Shown here in pieces: positions 26,879 through 37,184 of a stretch of 64,000 bases of DNA (position 1 is the stretch's first letter; the number at the start of each line of letters is the position of its first letter). The stretch comes from a virus. Position numbers and translations under genes: made by a program. The stretch covers positions 1-64,000 of IMG/VR virus record IMGVR_UViG_3300047494_000058. One strand, given 5' to 3'. The notes under the pieces are model-generated. The model had not been told where the DNA came from, did not search any database, and worked only from the letters and a program-made list of their open reading frames with translations.

Positions 26879-27982
26879 ATGACCAACATCGCCATCACCA
26901 AGCCGGTGGTCCGTCCGGTTTGGGCCAGCCTGGCAGCGGCAGCGGCTCTCGTCGATCCGGACACCATTACCGCGAGCTATGTTGCCAACGGCTGGCCACT
27001 GTCATCGACTCCGCCGGCCCGGCAGTTCTGGAACTGGGTACTCAACTACTGCATGAACGGCGTGGCGTACTTCAGCCGGCGCGGCATCACCGACTGGGAC
27101 TCGAACCAGACCTACTCGACATACGACGTGTGCCTGGCGACCAACGGCGTGGTCTACCAGTCGCTGCAGGCCAACAACACCAACAACACGCCGCAGACGT
27201 CGCCGGCCTTCTGGGGCGGGCTCAATGGCTACGCCCTGACCGGCGTGTTGGGCGGTTACGTCACCAGCGCGCAGCTGTCGGCGGCCCTGGGCTCGTACGT
27301 CACAACCGCGGCGCTGTCCGCGGACCTGTCAAACTACGTCACCAACGCGGGGCTGGCAGGGACGCTGTCGACATACGCCACCCAGGCGTATGTTAATGCT
27401 AACGGCGCGTCGGCGGTGTACCAGTCCGAGGCGTACACGCAGGCCGCGCTCGGGCCTTATGCCACCGCGGCACAGGTCACGGCGGTCCTGGCCAGCTATG
27501 CCACGCTGTCATACCTTCAATACGCGTACTATACCTCGGCCGCCGTGAACAGCCTCCTGGCCAGCTACGAGACGACGACCGTCCTCGACGGCCGGTTCGC
27601 CGGCTATGCGCCACTGGTCAGTCCTGCGATCCAGGGCTCGCCCACCTGCGGCACCCCCGGCATCGGCTCCAACAACGGGCAGATCGCGAACACGTACTAT
27701 GTCGCCGCGTACGTGAACTCGGTGTTCCCGGCGTACGGCGCGAGCCCCGGTTACATCCGGCTCAACAGCGGCGTCATCTTCCAGTGGGGCTCGTTCCCTG
27801 CCGGCGTCAACGCCCACTCTATCGCGTTCCCGGTCACCATGAGCAGCGTCTGGTTCTTCGGCGCCCAGGTCTCGGGCGGCAACCCGCTGCCCACCGGTAC
27901 GGTCGTCAACAACGGGGCCAGCGGCACCGTGTACTGCGCCTCGAACGCGGTGGCCGGTAACTGGCTCGTCATTGGCATATAG
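26879..27982 (+). CDS. Tail fibre protein
   Basis: N-terminal GW....P.RQ..NW anchor, LxxY(A/V)T coiled repeats, YAPL.SPA..G.PT, and a C-terminal GYIRL.SG.IFQWG (gp53-like) domain. Confidence 0.85.
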   Translation: MTNIAITKPVVRPVWASLAAAAALVDPDTITASYVANGWPLSSTPPARQFWNWVLNYCMNGVAYFSRRGITDWDSNQTYSTYDVCLATNGVVYQSLQANNTNNTPQTSPAFWGGLNGYALTGVLGGYVTSAQLSAALGSYVTTAALSADLSNYVTNAGLAGTLSTYATQAYVNANGASAVYQSEAYTQAALGPYATAAQVTAVLASYATLSYLQYAYYTSAAVNSLLASYETTTVLDGRFAGYAPLVSPAIQGSPTCGTPGIGSNNGQIANTYYVAAYVNSVFPAYGASPGYIRLNSGVIFQWGSFPAGVNAHSIAFPVTMSSVWFFGAQVSGGNPLPTGTVVNNGASGTVYCASNAVAGNWLVIGI

Positions 27983-28033
27983 TAACCACGAGCGCGTGTT
28001 CGCAAGGAGCGACTACGATGCGGAAAGCCCACC

Positions 28034-28465
28034 ATGAGTTCACCCGAGATGCCGTCATGGCAGACGATCTACAACTGGGCTGCGGGCGTATTCGGCATCG
28101 TCCTTACCGGAGCGGCCACCTTCATCGCCTTCTGGTTCCGGCGCTACATCGACAAGGTGGACGCGCTCGAACGCGTGAGCCACGAGTATATCAAGGACGC
28201 GGAACTCGCACAGCGCTACGCCTCACAGCTGCAGATGGTCGAGCTTGAAAAGAGGATCGCCGACTTGGTCTCCCGCAAGGAACTGCTGGCGCACCTGGAG
28301 GAACTGGCTGAACAGCGCCAGATCAACCACCAGGACAACGTCGAGCGGCTGGAGCGCAACGGCGAGGACATCCGCGAGGTGCGGCGCGAAAGCGGCGAGA
28401 CCCACAAGCGCATCGACGACATCTTCAAGCTATTGATGCGGAGGCACCGAGATGACGATAAGTGA
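28034..28465 (+). CDS. Single-TM coiled-coil membrane protein of the lysis cassette
   Basis: N-terminal hydrophobic helix followed by a charged coiled coil. Overlaps the endolysin start. Confidence 0.65.
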   Translation: MSSPEMPSWQTIYNWAAGVFGIVLTGAATFIAFWFRRYIDKVDALERVSHEYIKDAELAQRYASQLQMVELEKRIADLVSRKELLAHLEELAEQRQINHQDNVERLERNGEDIREVRRESGETHKRIDDIFKLLMRRHRDDDK

Positions 28466-28808
28466 CGAGCTTTCCCTACAGTTCATGCACACGCACCTGG
28501 TCGCGAAGCTGATCATGTGGGCCGGCACCCAGGACATCAACCTTACGTGGGGCGAGGCTTACCGCACTGCCGAACAGGCGCAGTGGGACTGCCAGCACCA
28601 TACCGGCATCAGCGCCAGCCTGCACTGCGACCGGCTCGCCGTCGACCTGCAGGCATTCGACGTTAACGGCAACTACCTCACCGACAAAAGTGCTTACCAG
28701 CCGCTCGGTGACTACTGGAAGTCGCTCGATCCGCGCTGCCGCTGGGGCGGCGACTTCACGACCGTCGACGCTGATCACTTTTCGATCACATTCCAAGGGA
28801 GATCCTGA
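28452..28808 (+). CDS. Endolysin, peptidase M15 (L-Ala-D-Glu type)
   Basis: GEAYRT.EQ, SLHCDRLAVDL and WGGDF...DADHFS zinc-peptidase motifs. Confidence 0.9.
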   Translation: MTISDELSLQFMHTHLVAKLIMWAGTQDINLTWGEAYRTAEQAQWDCQHHTGISASLHCDRLAVDLQAFDVNGNYLTDKSAYQPLGDYWKSLDPRCRWGGDFTTVDADHFSITFQGRS

Positions 28809-29110
28809 TGTCCGACCCCACGCCTGCGCCGGTAACCCCGGCAATGCCGTTTTATACCTCCAAGGTGTTCATCCTCGCGCTCGTCGATGCGGTGGCGTCA
28901 GTCGCGCTCGTGTTCGGCGTACACCTTAACACCGACCTGCTCACTAATGCGCTCGTCGCCGTCGCCGCCTTCGTCGCCGTGGGCGCTCCGATATGGACGG
29001 CCATCGCCCGCTGGCGCTCCAAAGTCCAACCCCTTACCACCACTCAAGGAAAAGCTGATGAAAAGAATATTGCCACTCCTCCTATCGTTCCCACTCCTCC
29101 TCAGCCTTAG
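28808..29110 (+). CDS. Probable holin (two TM helices)
   Basis: PFYTSK..I motif with two hydrophobic segments, directly after the endolysin. Confidence 0.7.
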   Translation: MSDPTPAPVTPAMPFYTSKVFILALVDAVASVALVFGVHLNTDLLTNALVAVAAFVAVGAPIWTAIARWRSKVQPLTTTQGKADEKNIATPPIVPTPPQP

Positions 29111-29537
29111 TGGCTGCGGCTCGATGGCCGCACTCGGCAAGGTCAACCAAACCCTAACGAGCCAGAAAAATCCGCTCATGACGCAGGCCGTCACGGCAGG
29201 CGTCACGCTCGCCATCGCCAAGCAGCCGAACGCGGCGAAGTTCGCGGCCGAACTCAACTCCATGGCGAAGATCATCGCGGCCGACGCGGCGAGTCCCACC
29301 GCCACGGTAGCGATGCTCGAAGCGACGCTCAACGCGGAGATCGGCAGGGTGTCCTCGACGCCGCAGGAGAAGGCAGCCTTCGCCGCCCTTGCGATCACGC
29401 TCGAAGCCGCGCTTAACACCTACATCTCGACGAACCCGGGCGGGCCGATCACCTCCGCCACGCTCGTCTCGATCCAGGGTCTTGCGCTCGCGGTCGAGAG
29501 CGCCACGCAGTTCTACGCGCCGGTACCGGGTGCGTAG
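29058..29537 (+). CDS. Lipoprotein (possible spanin function)
   Basis: AAGGA RBS and MKRILPLLLSFPLLLSLSG|C lipobox. Overlaps the holin by 53 nt. Confidence 0.75.
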   Translation: MKRILPLLLSFPLLLSLSGCGSMAALGKVNQTLTSQKNPLMTQAVTAGVTLAIAKQPNAAKFAAELNSMAKIIAADAASPTATVAMLEATLNAEIGRVSSTPQEKAAFAALAITLEAALNTYISTNPGGPITSATLVSIQGLALAVESATQFYAPVPGA

Positions 29538-29975
29538 GTGTTCGTCACCGACCTGTGCCTCAAGGCCGACAAACCGAACTACTGGCGCCTGACCCAGGAC
29601 CTGGTCTGGCAGGATGCCCAGTTCGGCGAGTTGATCGTCCCGGTCGGATTCCTGACGGACCTGGAATCCGTGCCGTTCATGATCCGCGGCATCCCGTGGG
29701 TCGACAGCGTGTTTGATCCGGACGGCGTAACCCGCAAGCCGGCCGCCGGGCATGACTTCCTGTATGCCTGGCACGCCTGGGGCAAAGAGAAATCGGACGA
29801 TTTCCTGCGGGTCGCAATCATCGCCGAGGGAGGCTCCAAGTCGGTGGCCGAGACCGTATACCTGGGCGTGCACCTGTTCGGCGGCTCCTCCTGGCGCAAG
29901 GATGACAACGCGCTCGACAAGTACAACTTCACCAACGACGCCACCTACCAGGAGTGGCTGGCGAAGCAGAAGTAG
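29538..29975 (+). CDS. DUF1353 family protein
   Basis: VPVGFLTDL.SVP, A..HDFLY, D..LR.A and Y.GV..FG motifs. Confidence 0.85.
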   Translation: MFVTDLCLKADKPNYWRLTQDLVWQDAQFGELIVPVGFLTDLESVPFMIRGIPWVDSVFDPDGVTRKPAAGHDFLYAWHAWGKEKSDDFLRVAIIAEGGSKSVAETVYLGVHLFGGSSWRKDDNALDKYNFTNDATYQEWLAKQK

Positions 29976-30027
29976 CCAGGAGCGGCCCGCTGTGGTAAAC
30001 TCGCGGGGCTTCACCAGGGGAACCGAC

Positions 30028-30381
30028 ATGAGTGTACTACACGAGTTGCTTCGGGCGGTGAATATCAACACCCGTACGCAAGAGTTCTTAACACAGGAGA
30101 TCAGAAAGATGACCGCAGCAGTAGATGCATTGACAGCAGCAGTAGCAGCCCAGACCACGGTCGAGGCCAGCGTGGTTACGCTCCTCCAGACCCTCACCTC
30201 CGACCTGCAGGCCGGGATCGATGCCAACGACCTGGCCGCCATCCAGGCCGCCACGACCGCCATCCAGGACGGCACGGCCCAGCTGGCCGCGGCGGTGACC
30301 GCCAATACGCCGGTCCCGGCGTCCTCACCGACTCCGCCGGCCGCCTCCACGACTCCGTCCACGCCCGCCACGGGCTCGTAA
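30028..30381 (+). CDS. Ala/Thr-rich coiled-coil protein
   Basis: AGGGG RBS before ATG 30028, with an alternative GGAG-preceded ATG near 30108. Contains LTAAVAAQTTV.AS..LL. Confidence 0.6.
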   Translation: MSVLHELLRAVNINTRTQEFLTQEIRKMTAAVDALTAAVAAQTTVEASVVTLLQTLTSDLQAGIDANDLAAIQAATTAIQDGTAQLAAAVTANTPVPASSPTPPAASTTPSTPATGS

Positions 30382-30478
30382 GGACAAGTCGCCCCTCACT
30401 GGCCTAGCCGCCTGAGGTACGCCGCGCTGGCCCGGCGCGTTATCAAAACGGGCTCTTATCCACCACCGGAAGAAACTG

Positions 30479-30667
30479 ATGTCAATGCTCGACGTTCTGA
30501 TCGTAGTCATTATCCTACTGTTCATCCTCGGTGGCCTGCCCGGCATCGGCCTGTATGGTGCGCACGTGTACGGTGGCTGGGGCGTGCCTGGCCTGGGTAC
30601 GATCCTGCTGGTACTGGTTCTATTGTACCTGTTTGGCGTGATTGGCAACCGCGGGCCGCGGCCTTAA
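30479..30667 (+). CDS. Small membrane protein (DUF3309-like)
   Basis: LIVVIILLFILGGLP...GWG..G.GTIL.V motif. Confidence 0.7.
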   Translation: MSMLDVLIVVIILLFILGGLPGIGLYGAHVYGGWGVPGLGTILLVLVLLYLFGVIGNRGPRP

Positions 30668-31171
30668 GTACCTGCCACTGGCCGCGGCGTCGGCTGCATC
30701 CGCGCTGGCCGCATCCGCGATGGCCGCATCCGCGCCCGCAGTCTCGGCCAGCGCCTCATCGAATCCCAATAACGCCGTCTTGTAAGTCAACGCTGACATC
30801 CTGTCGACGAACGGCGCCACCCGAACCACCTTATCGGTCACGAGCAGCGCCGGGTCCAGCTGCTGAAACATGGTCTGGCCTATGTACTCCGTAACCAACT
30901 GCCGGTCCCGCTGCACCAGGGTGAAACCGCCACCGGCCATGGCTGGGAACCAGCACCCTACGCCAACGTTCCCCGCCCAGAAATATCTAAACTCCAGCAT
31001 GGTGTCGCGGCCCATCACTTTCAAGGCGCACGGACGCCGCAGGTAGTAGGCGTACATCACTCGGTAAGGCCCCTGCTCGGGCTGAAATCCCCAAACCATA
31101 GCCTGGTCTTCAAAATCCGGCGCGGCCTGGGCCGCGGTCGTCAGCAGCAGAATAGCGAATAAAGCTCTCAT
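30620..31171 (-). CDS. Exported hypothetical protein
   Basis: AGAGGAG RBS and signal peptide MRALFAILLLTTAAQA|APD. Confidence 0.6.
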   Translation of the reverse strand: MRALFAILLLTTAAQAAPDFEDQAMVWGFQPEQGPYRVMYAYYLRRPCALKVMGRDTMLEFRYFWAGNVGVGCWFPAMAGGGFTLVQRDRQLVTEYIGQTMFQQLDPALLVTDKVVRVAPFVDRMSALTYKTALLGFDEALAETAGADAAIADAASADAADAAASGRYLRPRPAVANHAKQVQ

Positions 31172-31277
31172 CTCGAATCTCCTCTATATGTCTAGGTACC
31201 CCGACCGTCCGCACGGGATGGGTCGTCCTTGGGCGCTGGGGCGGGGGTCGCTACGTGTGTACCGACCCCCTATCTCA

Positions 31278-32057
31278 TCAGGCGTCGACGGCCTCCCGTT
31301 TGGGACGCAGCGCTGCCTCGCTCTCGGGCCAACTATTTGGATACACTGTCGAGTACGCCAGCGCAGCGATGGTTTCGACCTGCCGGCGCATGCCCTCGGT
31401 CACCTGCATCTGTTCCGAGCCAAGGGTCTCCGCTGGCGTCATGTCACCAGCCCACCGGTAAAACCTATTATGGGTCACCGTGCGGCCGGCGTCGAGTTCG
31501 CCGGGCGGGCTGACCCAACGCTGAAACAGGTCGGACAGGTCTTCGGCCATTCGCCTGGGCGACTCGATGTGGACATTCACGGTGACCATGCCCAGAGGGT
31601 CAACAGCCTGGGCCGGCTCCGGGATCTGGAACCCGCGCTCGCGCAGCTGCGGCCTCGGCGCATGCAGGTTGCCAATATCAAGCGGTGTGTGGAACCGCAG
31701 CGCGTACAGGCGCAGCGCTGCCGCAATCAGCTGCCGCTGGCCGTCGGTCGCGAACCCTGACATGTGCTGGAGGTCGAACCCCAGGATGGTCTCGAACTTC
31801 CTGTAAAACTCAAACGGGTTGCCCTCCCCAATCCCGAGGAGCGGCAGCGCGGCCAGATACCCTGAGTTATTGGAGGTAGCCGGAAATCCGGCGAACGCCG
31901 CGATCCACCCTAGGGCGCAGCCGCAACTGCTACCGAATCCGCCACCGCCGCCGTTGTTCGGCGTGCTAGGTATGTTGCCCATAGAATACGCGAAGCTGTG
32001 CGGCGTCCGCTCGATATGGTCGGCTGCCGCCATTATTGCTGATCTAATATCCATCAA
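31278..32057 (-). CDS. Hypothetical protein
   Basis: AGGAG RBS. The N-terminus (AI..AADHIE..P..CGCALGWI) is phage-like. Confidence 0.6.
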   Translation of the reverse strand: MMDIRSAIMAAADHIERTPHSFAYSMGNIPSTPNNGGGGGFGSSCGCALGWIAAFAGFPATSNNSGYLAALPLLGIGEGNPFEFYRKFETILGFDLQHMSGFATDGQRQLIAAALRLYALRFHTPLDIGNLHAPRPQLRERGFQIPEPAQAVDPLGMVTVNVHIESPRRMAEDLSDLFQRWVSPPGELDAGRTVTHNRFYRWAGDMTPAETLGSEQMQVTEGMRRQVETIAALAYSTVYPNSWPESEAALRPKREAVDA

Positions 32058-32081
32058 TATCTCCTGTTATTGCCCTATCAC

Positions 32082-32468
32082 TCATTCCGGCCGGCCGGCC
32101 GACACGATCTCGAAAAACTTGTCCATGGTACCGGCCGTAATGCTCGGATCAGGCGGCGTGGCATCGGCCGCCTCGGCCGCCTTCATTGCCTGGGCCTGTG
32201 CGGCCAACATTTCCTGGGCCTGCATCCATGACGCGATGTCACCCATGATCACCAGCTGCGCCGTCGTGAGCCCGCCCTGCCGTGGGTCCACCTGCGGCTC
32301 ACCTCCATAGCGCATAAAGAACACGATGATATTACGCAGGTCTCCCACCTCGGCGAGCAATCGGTTGCAGTCGAAGTGTGCCTGGGCGAAGTCGCCGAAC
32401 GTCGGCGTCTTCATGTCCAGCGGCGCCTTCGCCCGCTTCTCGATCTCCTGGTGTTCTTGCATGTTCAT
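32082..32468 (-). CDS. Hypothetical protein
   Basis: AGGAG RBS and ATGA overlap with the upstream gene. Confidence 0.6.
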   Translation of the reverse strand: MNMQEHQEIEKRAKAPLDMKTPTFGDFAQAHFDCNRLLAEVGDLRNIIVFFMRYGGEPQVDPRQGGLTTAQLVIMGDIASWMQAQEMLAAQAQAMKAAEAADATPPDPSITAGTMDKFFEIVSAGRPE

Positions 32469-32719
32469 GTATCAATCTCCTGTAACTCTTTCGCCCGGTA
32501 CTGGGGCCGTACCACGCCGGGCCGCACCGGGGTCTCCCACCGGAACTCAACCAGGCCCAGGTCCTGCAACTTGGCCAGGTGTATGTAAATCGTCGACCGC
32601 GATGCGAGCCCGGCTTTAACCAAATCCAGGCCATAATGCCAACCCGGGTCCGCGCGCATCCAGTCAAGAATACGTTGCCTGCGGGTCGCAGCCGACCATC
32701 TCTTAAAAAACCCAAACAT
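32465..32719 (-). CDS. PadR-like winged-helix DNA-binding protein
   Basis: YGLDL.......STIYIHLAKL.D.GLV..RWE....R..Y motif. Confidence 0.65.
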   Translation of the reverse strand: MFGFFKRWSAATRRQRILDWMRADPGWHYGLDLVKAGLASRSTIYIHLAKLQDLGLVEFRWETPVRPGVVRPQYRAKELQEIDT

Positions 32720-35657
32720 CACAGTGCCTCGGGCATCTTGTAGTCGTTCGCGACCTTCCACGCGTCGTTCCATGCTGCCAGCGTTATCACCAGCAGCGCC
32801 TCGGGCCAGGCGTACAGCCGGCCGGGCTCACCGGGCACGTGCCGGAAGTTGTCCAGCATGCGGAAGAACAGCACGCGCCGCGCCAGCGACATCCGCCCGA
32901 CCGACTCGATGATCTCGTCGCGGGTCTTCATTCCAGCACGACTGGGAACACGTTGCGCCAGCCCTGGTGTTGCCGGCCCTGCTCGTTGGCGGCGATGAGG
33001 GCATCCTGGTGCACTTTGAGGAGTGCCTCAGCATTGGCCGCCCGCAGCAGCAGCCGGTCGCGCTCGGCGACCACCGCGGCGTGCTTGTCCGCGTGCACAT
33101 TATGCGAGTCGCGGTGGGCCTCCAGGGTCTTGAGCATATGGCTCACGTCCGACTCCAGCACGTACCAGACCCCCGGGCCCTGCGGCCCGCGGTCGGCCGC
33201 GTTATGAATCGCCTCGCCGTTTGCCACCTGCATCTCGACCGTGACGTCGAGGACGCCCTCACCCGTACGCCGGACTATCGGGCTGTATCGCTTCGTCATG
33301 TGCTACCTCCGGATTCCTGATTCTTTCGATTGACTTGTCCACGGCCCGCTGCACTTCGAGCGGCGCATTCGCCAGGTCGATCAGCCCGTACTTGTTCAGG
33401 GCGTTGGACACTATCCAGTCCAGGGCTTCGTTCGCCCGACTCAGTTTGCGGCCCAGGCGCATCAGCGCCTCCTTGTCGGGCGTCATGGTAGCCGCACCGC
33501 GTAAGCCAGGCCGCAGAACCCGCGGTCGCCTGCTGGGTAATCGTCCATCTTGCGCCACATCATGCAGTCGCTGGCAATGCAACGCCCCAGTGGGCCGGTC
33601 GCGACCGCGTTGTACGACGTATGCTCGATATGTGGCCGTGCAGCGATGCGCATCCATGGGCACCACTTCCCCAGCGCCTCACCCTCCGTGATTACCATGA
33701 CCCTATCTGCTTGATTGCTTCCATGATCCTCGTCCTCTCGGCCTTGAGGGCCTTTTCGACTGCCTTATTCACCTCGCGCTCCTGCCGGCGCATGTCGGCC
33801 AGGATACCCTGCACGCGCACACACTCCCTGCGGGCCGCGTCCTCGATGGAGTGCGACACGTTGAGCCGCGCCTCCATCTCGATCATCGCGGCCCGGTGGT
33901 CGATCCACAGCATCCAGTTACCGCCCGCCTCCTCCACCATCTTCACCTGACCGGTCGCCAGCATGGCCACCGCGTCCATGCCGTGGGCCAGCTGACTGTA
34001 GCGCTTGACTATGGTCGCCAGGGTTCCCGGCGCACGGCCTTCAGAAACGCCGTCGTCGTCTTGGGCTTGGTGTCGAGGTAATTGTGCTGGAACGGGCGCT
34101 GCTTGAAGCGGTCCAACCGCTTCTGTAAGCGTCGGGATTCGCGGATCGACCGGCTCCGGTTCCATCGTCCAATCGCGCAGGCCAGTAGCGACAGCCCCAG
34201 TGCCGCCAGCAGGGTCTTCAGTGTGTTGCTCATACATTCTTCGTCCTCTCGTGTTCGGGCGCATCATGCTGGCGGCCCGAGAATTTAAGCCCTTTATTAC
34301 TGAGCAGCTGCCGGATGCAGTCGAGCCAGGTGTCGAAGTCCTCCTTGTTCGGCATATACTTGGCATCGATGGTCGATACCAGCGAGGCCCCGACCAGCGT
34401 GTCGGGCGGCGCCAGGTACACGCTGACGAACGCGCCCTCGACGCGTACCGCGAGCCGCATCGGCACCTGTGTTCCGCTCACTGGTCCACCGCGAGTTCGG
34501 CCCCGACCAGCGCCAGGGCGACGCCGGCCGGCGCCCCGTTGAGGACCAGGTAGTTGCGTAGGTGCCGGGCGTGATTGTCAACCGCATCCTGGTCCGCCTG
34601 GGGCAGGGTCTTGATGAACGCCTGGACCTCGCGCAGAGTGTAAGTTTCGGGTGTCGGCATTACAGCACCAGGATGAAGAACGAGACGATGGGGAACAGTA
34701 TCAGTCCCAGGATCATAAGCAGTGTGTGCCGCGGCATCATGGCTACGACACCCAGCAAAACAATGGTCCACAACCAGGCCGCCACGGTACTCATGACTGG
34801 CCGCCCTCAAACGAATTGAGCGCAAGCATCGCCAGCAGGAACGACCGAGACTTGAGCGACCCGCCCTCGTTCCGGGCCTGGCGCAGCAGCACCATGCCCT
34901 CCTGGAAGTTGGGCGCCGGCACCGGCACCGGCACGGCCTGCACGACCGTGACCGCCCGGCCGGACGTCTTGCCCTTCTTGCGGGCGCGGTTCACGATCTT
35001 CTGCGGCGCCTTGTGCCGGTGTACGGTCGAGGGCGACACCTTGAGTTTCTTGGCGGTCTCCACTATCGTCGCCCCTGCCGCGGTGTTGTCATAGATCGCC
35101 TGCTTCACCGCAGGGTCGAGGTCGCGGCTCATGACGCCTTCCTCGGCTGCCGGCGCTGGCCCTTCTTGCGTGACGGCCCCTTGGTCGCCAGCCGGGCCTG
35201 GTACAGCCGCAGGCGCTGGGTCCGCTTAGTGACATCGCTCGTCGGCCTGAGTTCCCACGACGCCATGTTGGCCTCACAATTGCTGCAGAACGGCCCCTTA
35301 GTTTCGTTGGGATACGGGCACGGTCCCGGCATTTCACATTTTTTGCTCATTGACACTATCCTCTATATGGTACGGGTGATCTTTCGGCTTCAAACAGATG
35401 TGACATATCTTCGAACGGACGCGCTCCATGAAAACATGCTTGAGATCGCGCTGGAATTTCTTCTGTGCATTAACCAGGCACAGATAGTGGAACCTCTCGA
35501 ACGGGTGACCGATGGATACGCGACCCTGCAGCACCGGGTCCTTCCGCCGGCCCGGACGGCCACAGATGTGGCATACCGGACCGGTGGTAGCCACCCCCGA
35601 TCCTAAGGCGGAGGGCGACCCCTCCGCTTTGGCCGTCTTGGGCCTCGTCAGCCTCAC
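32719..35657 (-). CDS. Run of about 11 small, tightly coupled hypothetical genes (32719-32931, 32928-33299, ~33259-33486, 33483-33698, ~33692-34012, 34009-34233, 34230-34481, ~34478-34659, 34791-35132 HTH, 35129-35356, 35334-35657)
   Basis: Chain of ATGA/GTGA stop-start overlaps. Several products are Cys-rich (putative Zn binding) and one is an HTH (ATIVETAKKLKVSPSTVHRH). Individual starts are uncertain. Confidence 0.55.
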
Positions 35658-37117
35658 TGCGGCATCTCAATCAGGATCAGGGTCTCCATGGCGCGGGTCG
35701 TGGCGACGTAGCACAGGTTGCGCTCCTGTTGCTGCTCCCAGGGCTGACGGGCACGCTTCGAGGGGCACTGGCTGGAGTTCAGCCAGAACACGCGCTTCGC
35801 CTCCAGGCCCTTGGCCTTGTGGATTGTCGCCAGGTGCACGGCGTGGCTGCGCTCGGCGAACATGGAGTCGATGACGGCCAGCAGGCCGGCAACCGTGAAC
35901 TTGTCCTCGTCCAGGCCGTCGATGATGCACATGATGCAGTCGGTCTTGTCCTGGATGTTCTCGGCCTTGTCTTCCTTGTTCTTGGCACGGGCCTTCTCGA
36001 CCTCGCGCTCGGTCCAGGTCGTCAGCTTCTGGGTGAGCAGCTTGACGTCGTCGCCGGCCCGCATACGAGCGATCAGGGCCTTGAGGCCCTGGCCGATCTC
36101 GCGGCCCATGATGTGCGCCGGGACGCGAGCCTTGAACAGCTGGAAGGCCAGGCTGACGAGCGGCTTAGCAGTGCGGCAGACGACCAGGTCCTGGGGCTGG
36201 AACGTGGCCGGCGTGAACTCGGTACCCATGTACCGCACTTCCCCGGCGGGCGCGTTCGGGGCGGCCTCGATGTGGCTCACCCACTGGCGGGCATGCTCGA
36301 CAATGGCCGTCGGGCAGCGGTAGGAGACCGTCAGCGGCAGGCGGATGCAGGCGAACTCCTTGGCCATCGTCGCCAGCGACTCGGAGTCTGCGCCGCGGAA
36401 CCCGTAGATGGCCTGGGCCGGGTCACCGACCGCGATCAGGCGGGCGCCGGGCTTCATGACCTTGCGCAGGATGGCGCGCTGCAGGGCGTTGGTGTCCTGA
36501 GCTTCGTCAACGAACACGAAGTCGAATTTCGGCAGCACCAGGCCGTCGCGCACCGCGACGTACAGCAGGTCGTCGAAGTCCACCTCGTGGGAGGCGTTGC
36601 TCTTCTCCAGCAGCGCCTGAGCGTACTCGACCGCGGTGGAGTAGCTGGCCTTCTCATCGTCCAACTCCAGATCGAAGTGGTCGACCAGGTCGCGCCAGAC
36701 CATGACTTGGTCGATCTCGGTCCAGATGCCGATGCCGACCTGCTTGGCCAGGCTCACCAGCCGGCAGGCGAACCGGCCGTACATCTTGGCGTCCTTCTCG
36801 GTCATCATGCCGTCGACCAGGTCGCGCAGCTTGTCGCCGTTAACGTCGCGGACGTTCTTGTGGCGGGTGACCGCGCTGTAGGTCAGGGAGTGGAACGTGC
36901 GGGCATTGACGCCGCGATTTTTGAGTTCGGTGGCGATCGACTTGTTGAAGGCCAGGAACAACGTGCTGCCCGTCACGCGCTTTAGCGCCTCGACAATCGT
37001 GGTGGTCTTGCCTGAGCCGGCGACGGCCTCGACAATCGCGTTGCCTTCGCCGCTCTCGGCGAAGTTGAAAACATTGGTCTGAAGCGGCGACCAGCTGCGA
37101 ATCATTGAATTGTCCAT
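35654..37117 (-). CDS. Superfamily 1 (UvrD-like) DNA helicase
   Basis: AVAGSGKTT, VDEAQD, VGDP.QAIYGFRGA, SYRCP, TIHKAKGLE and YVATTRA motifs. Confidence 0.92.
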   Translation of the reverse strand: MDNSMIRSWSPLQTNVFNFAESGEGNAIVEAVAGSGKTTTIVEALKRVTGSTLFLAFNKSIATELKNRGVNARTFHSLTYSAVTRHKNVRDVNGDKLRDLVDGMMTEKDAKMYGRFACRLVSLAKQVGIGIWTEIDQVMVWRDLVDHFDLELDDEKASYSTAVEYAQALLEKSNASHEVDFDDLLYVAVRDGLVLPKFDFVFVDEAQDTNALQRAILRKVMKPGARLIAVGDPAQAIYGFRGADSESLATMAKEFACIRLPLTVSYRCPTAIVEHARQWVSHIEAAPNAPAGEVRYMGTEFTPATFQPQDLVVCRTAKPLVSLAFQLFKARVPAHIMGREIGQGLKALIARMRAGDDVKLLTQKLTTWTEREVEKARAKNKEDKAENIQDKTDCIMCIIDGLDEDKFTVAGLLAVIDSMFAERSHAVHLATIHKAKGLEAKRVFWLNSSQCPSKRARQPWEQQQERNLCYVATTRAMETLILIEMPQ

Positions 37118-37184
37118 GTCTCTATCCTCTATATTGATGAACCGACCGAGATTTTATTAGAACATGCCGGCCGGGGTTTGTCAA

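Noticed and set aside
33692-34012. Possible ATA start codon (ATAG overlap) for the IVKRYSQ.. ORF
   Set aside because: The RBS is weak and downstream ATGs are available. It cannot be supported without homologues.
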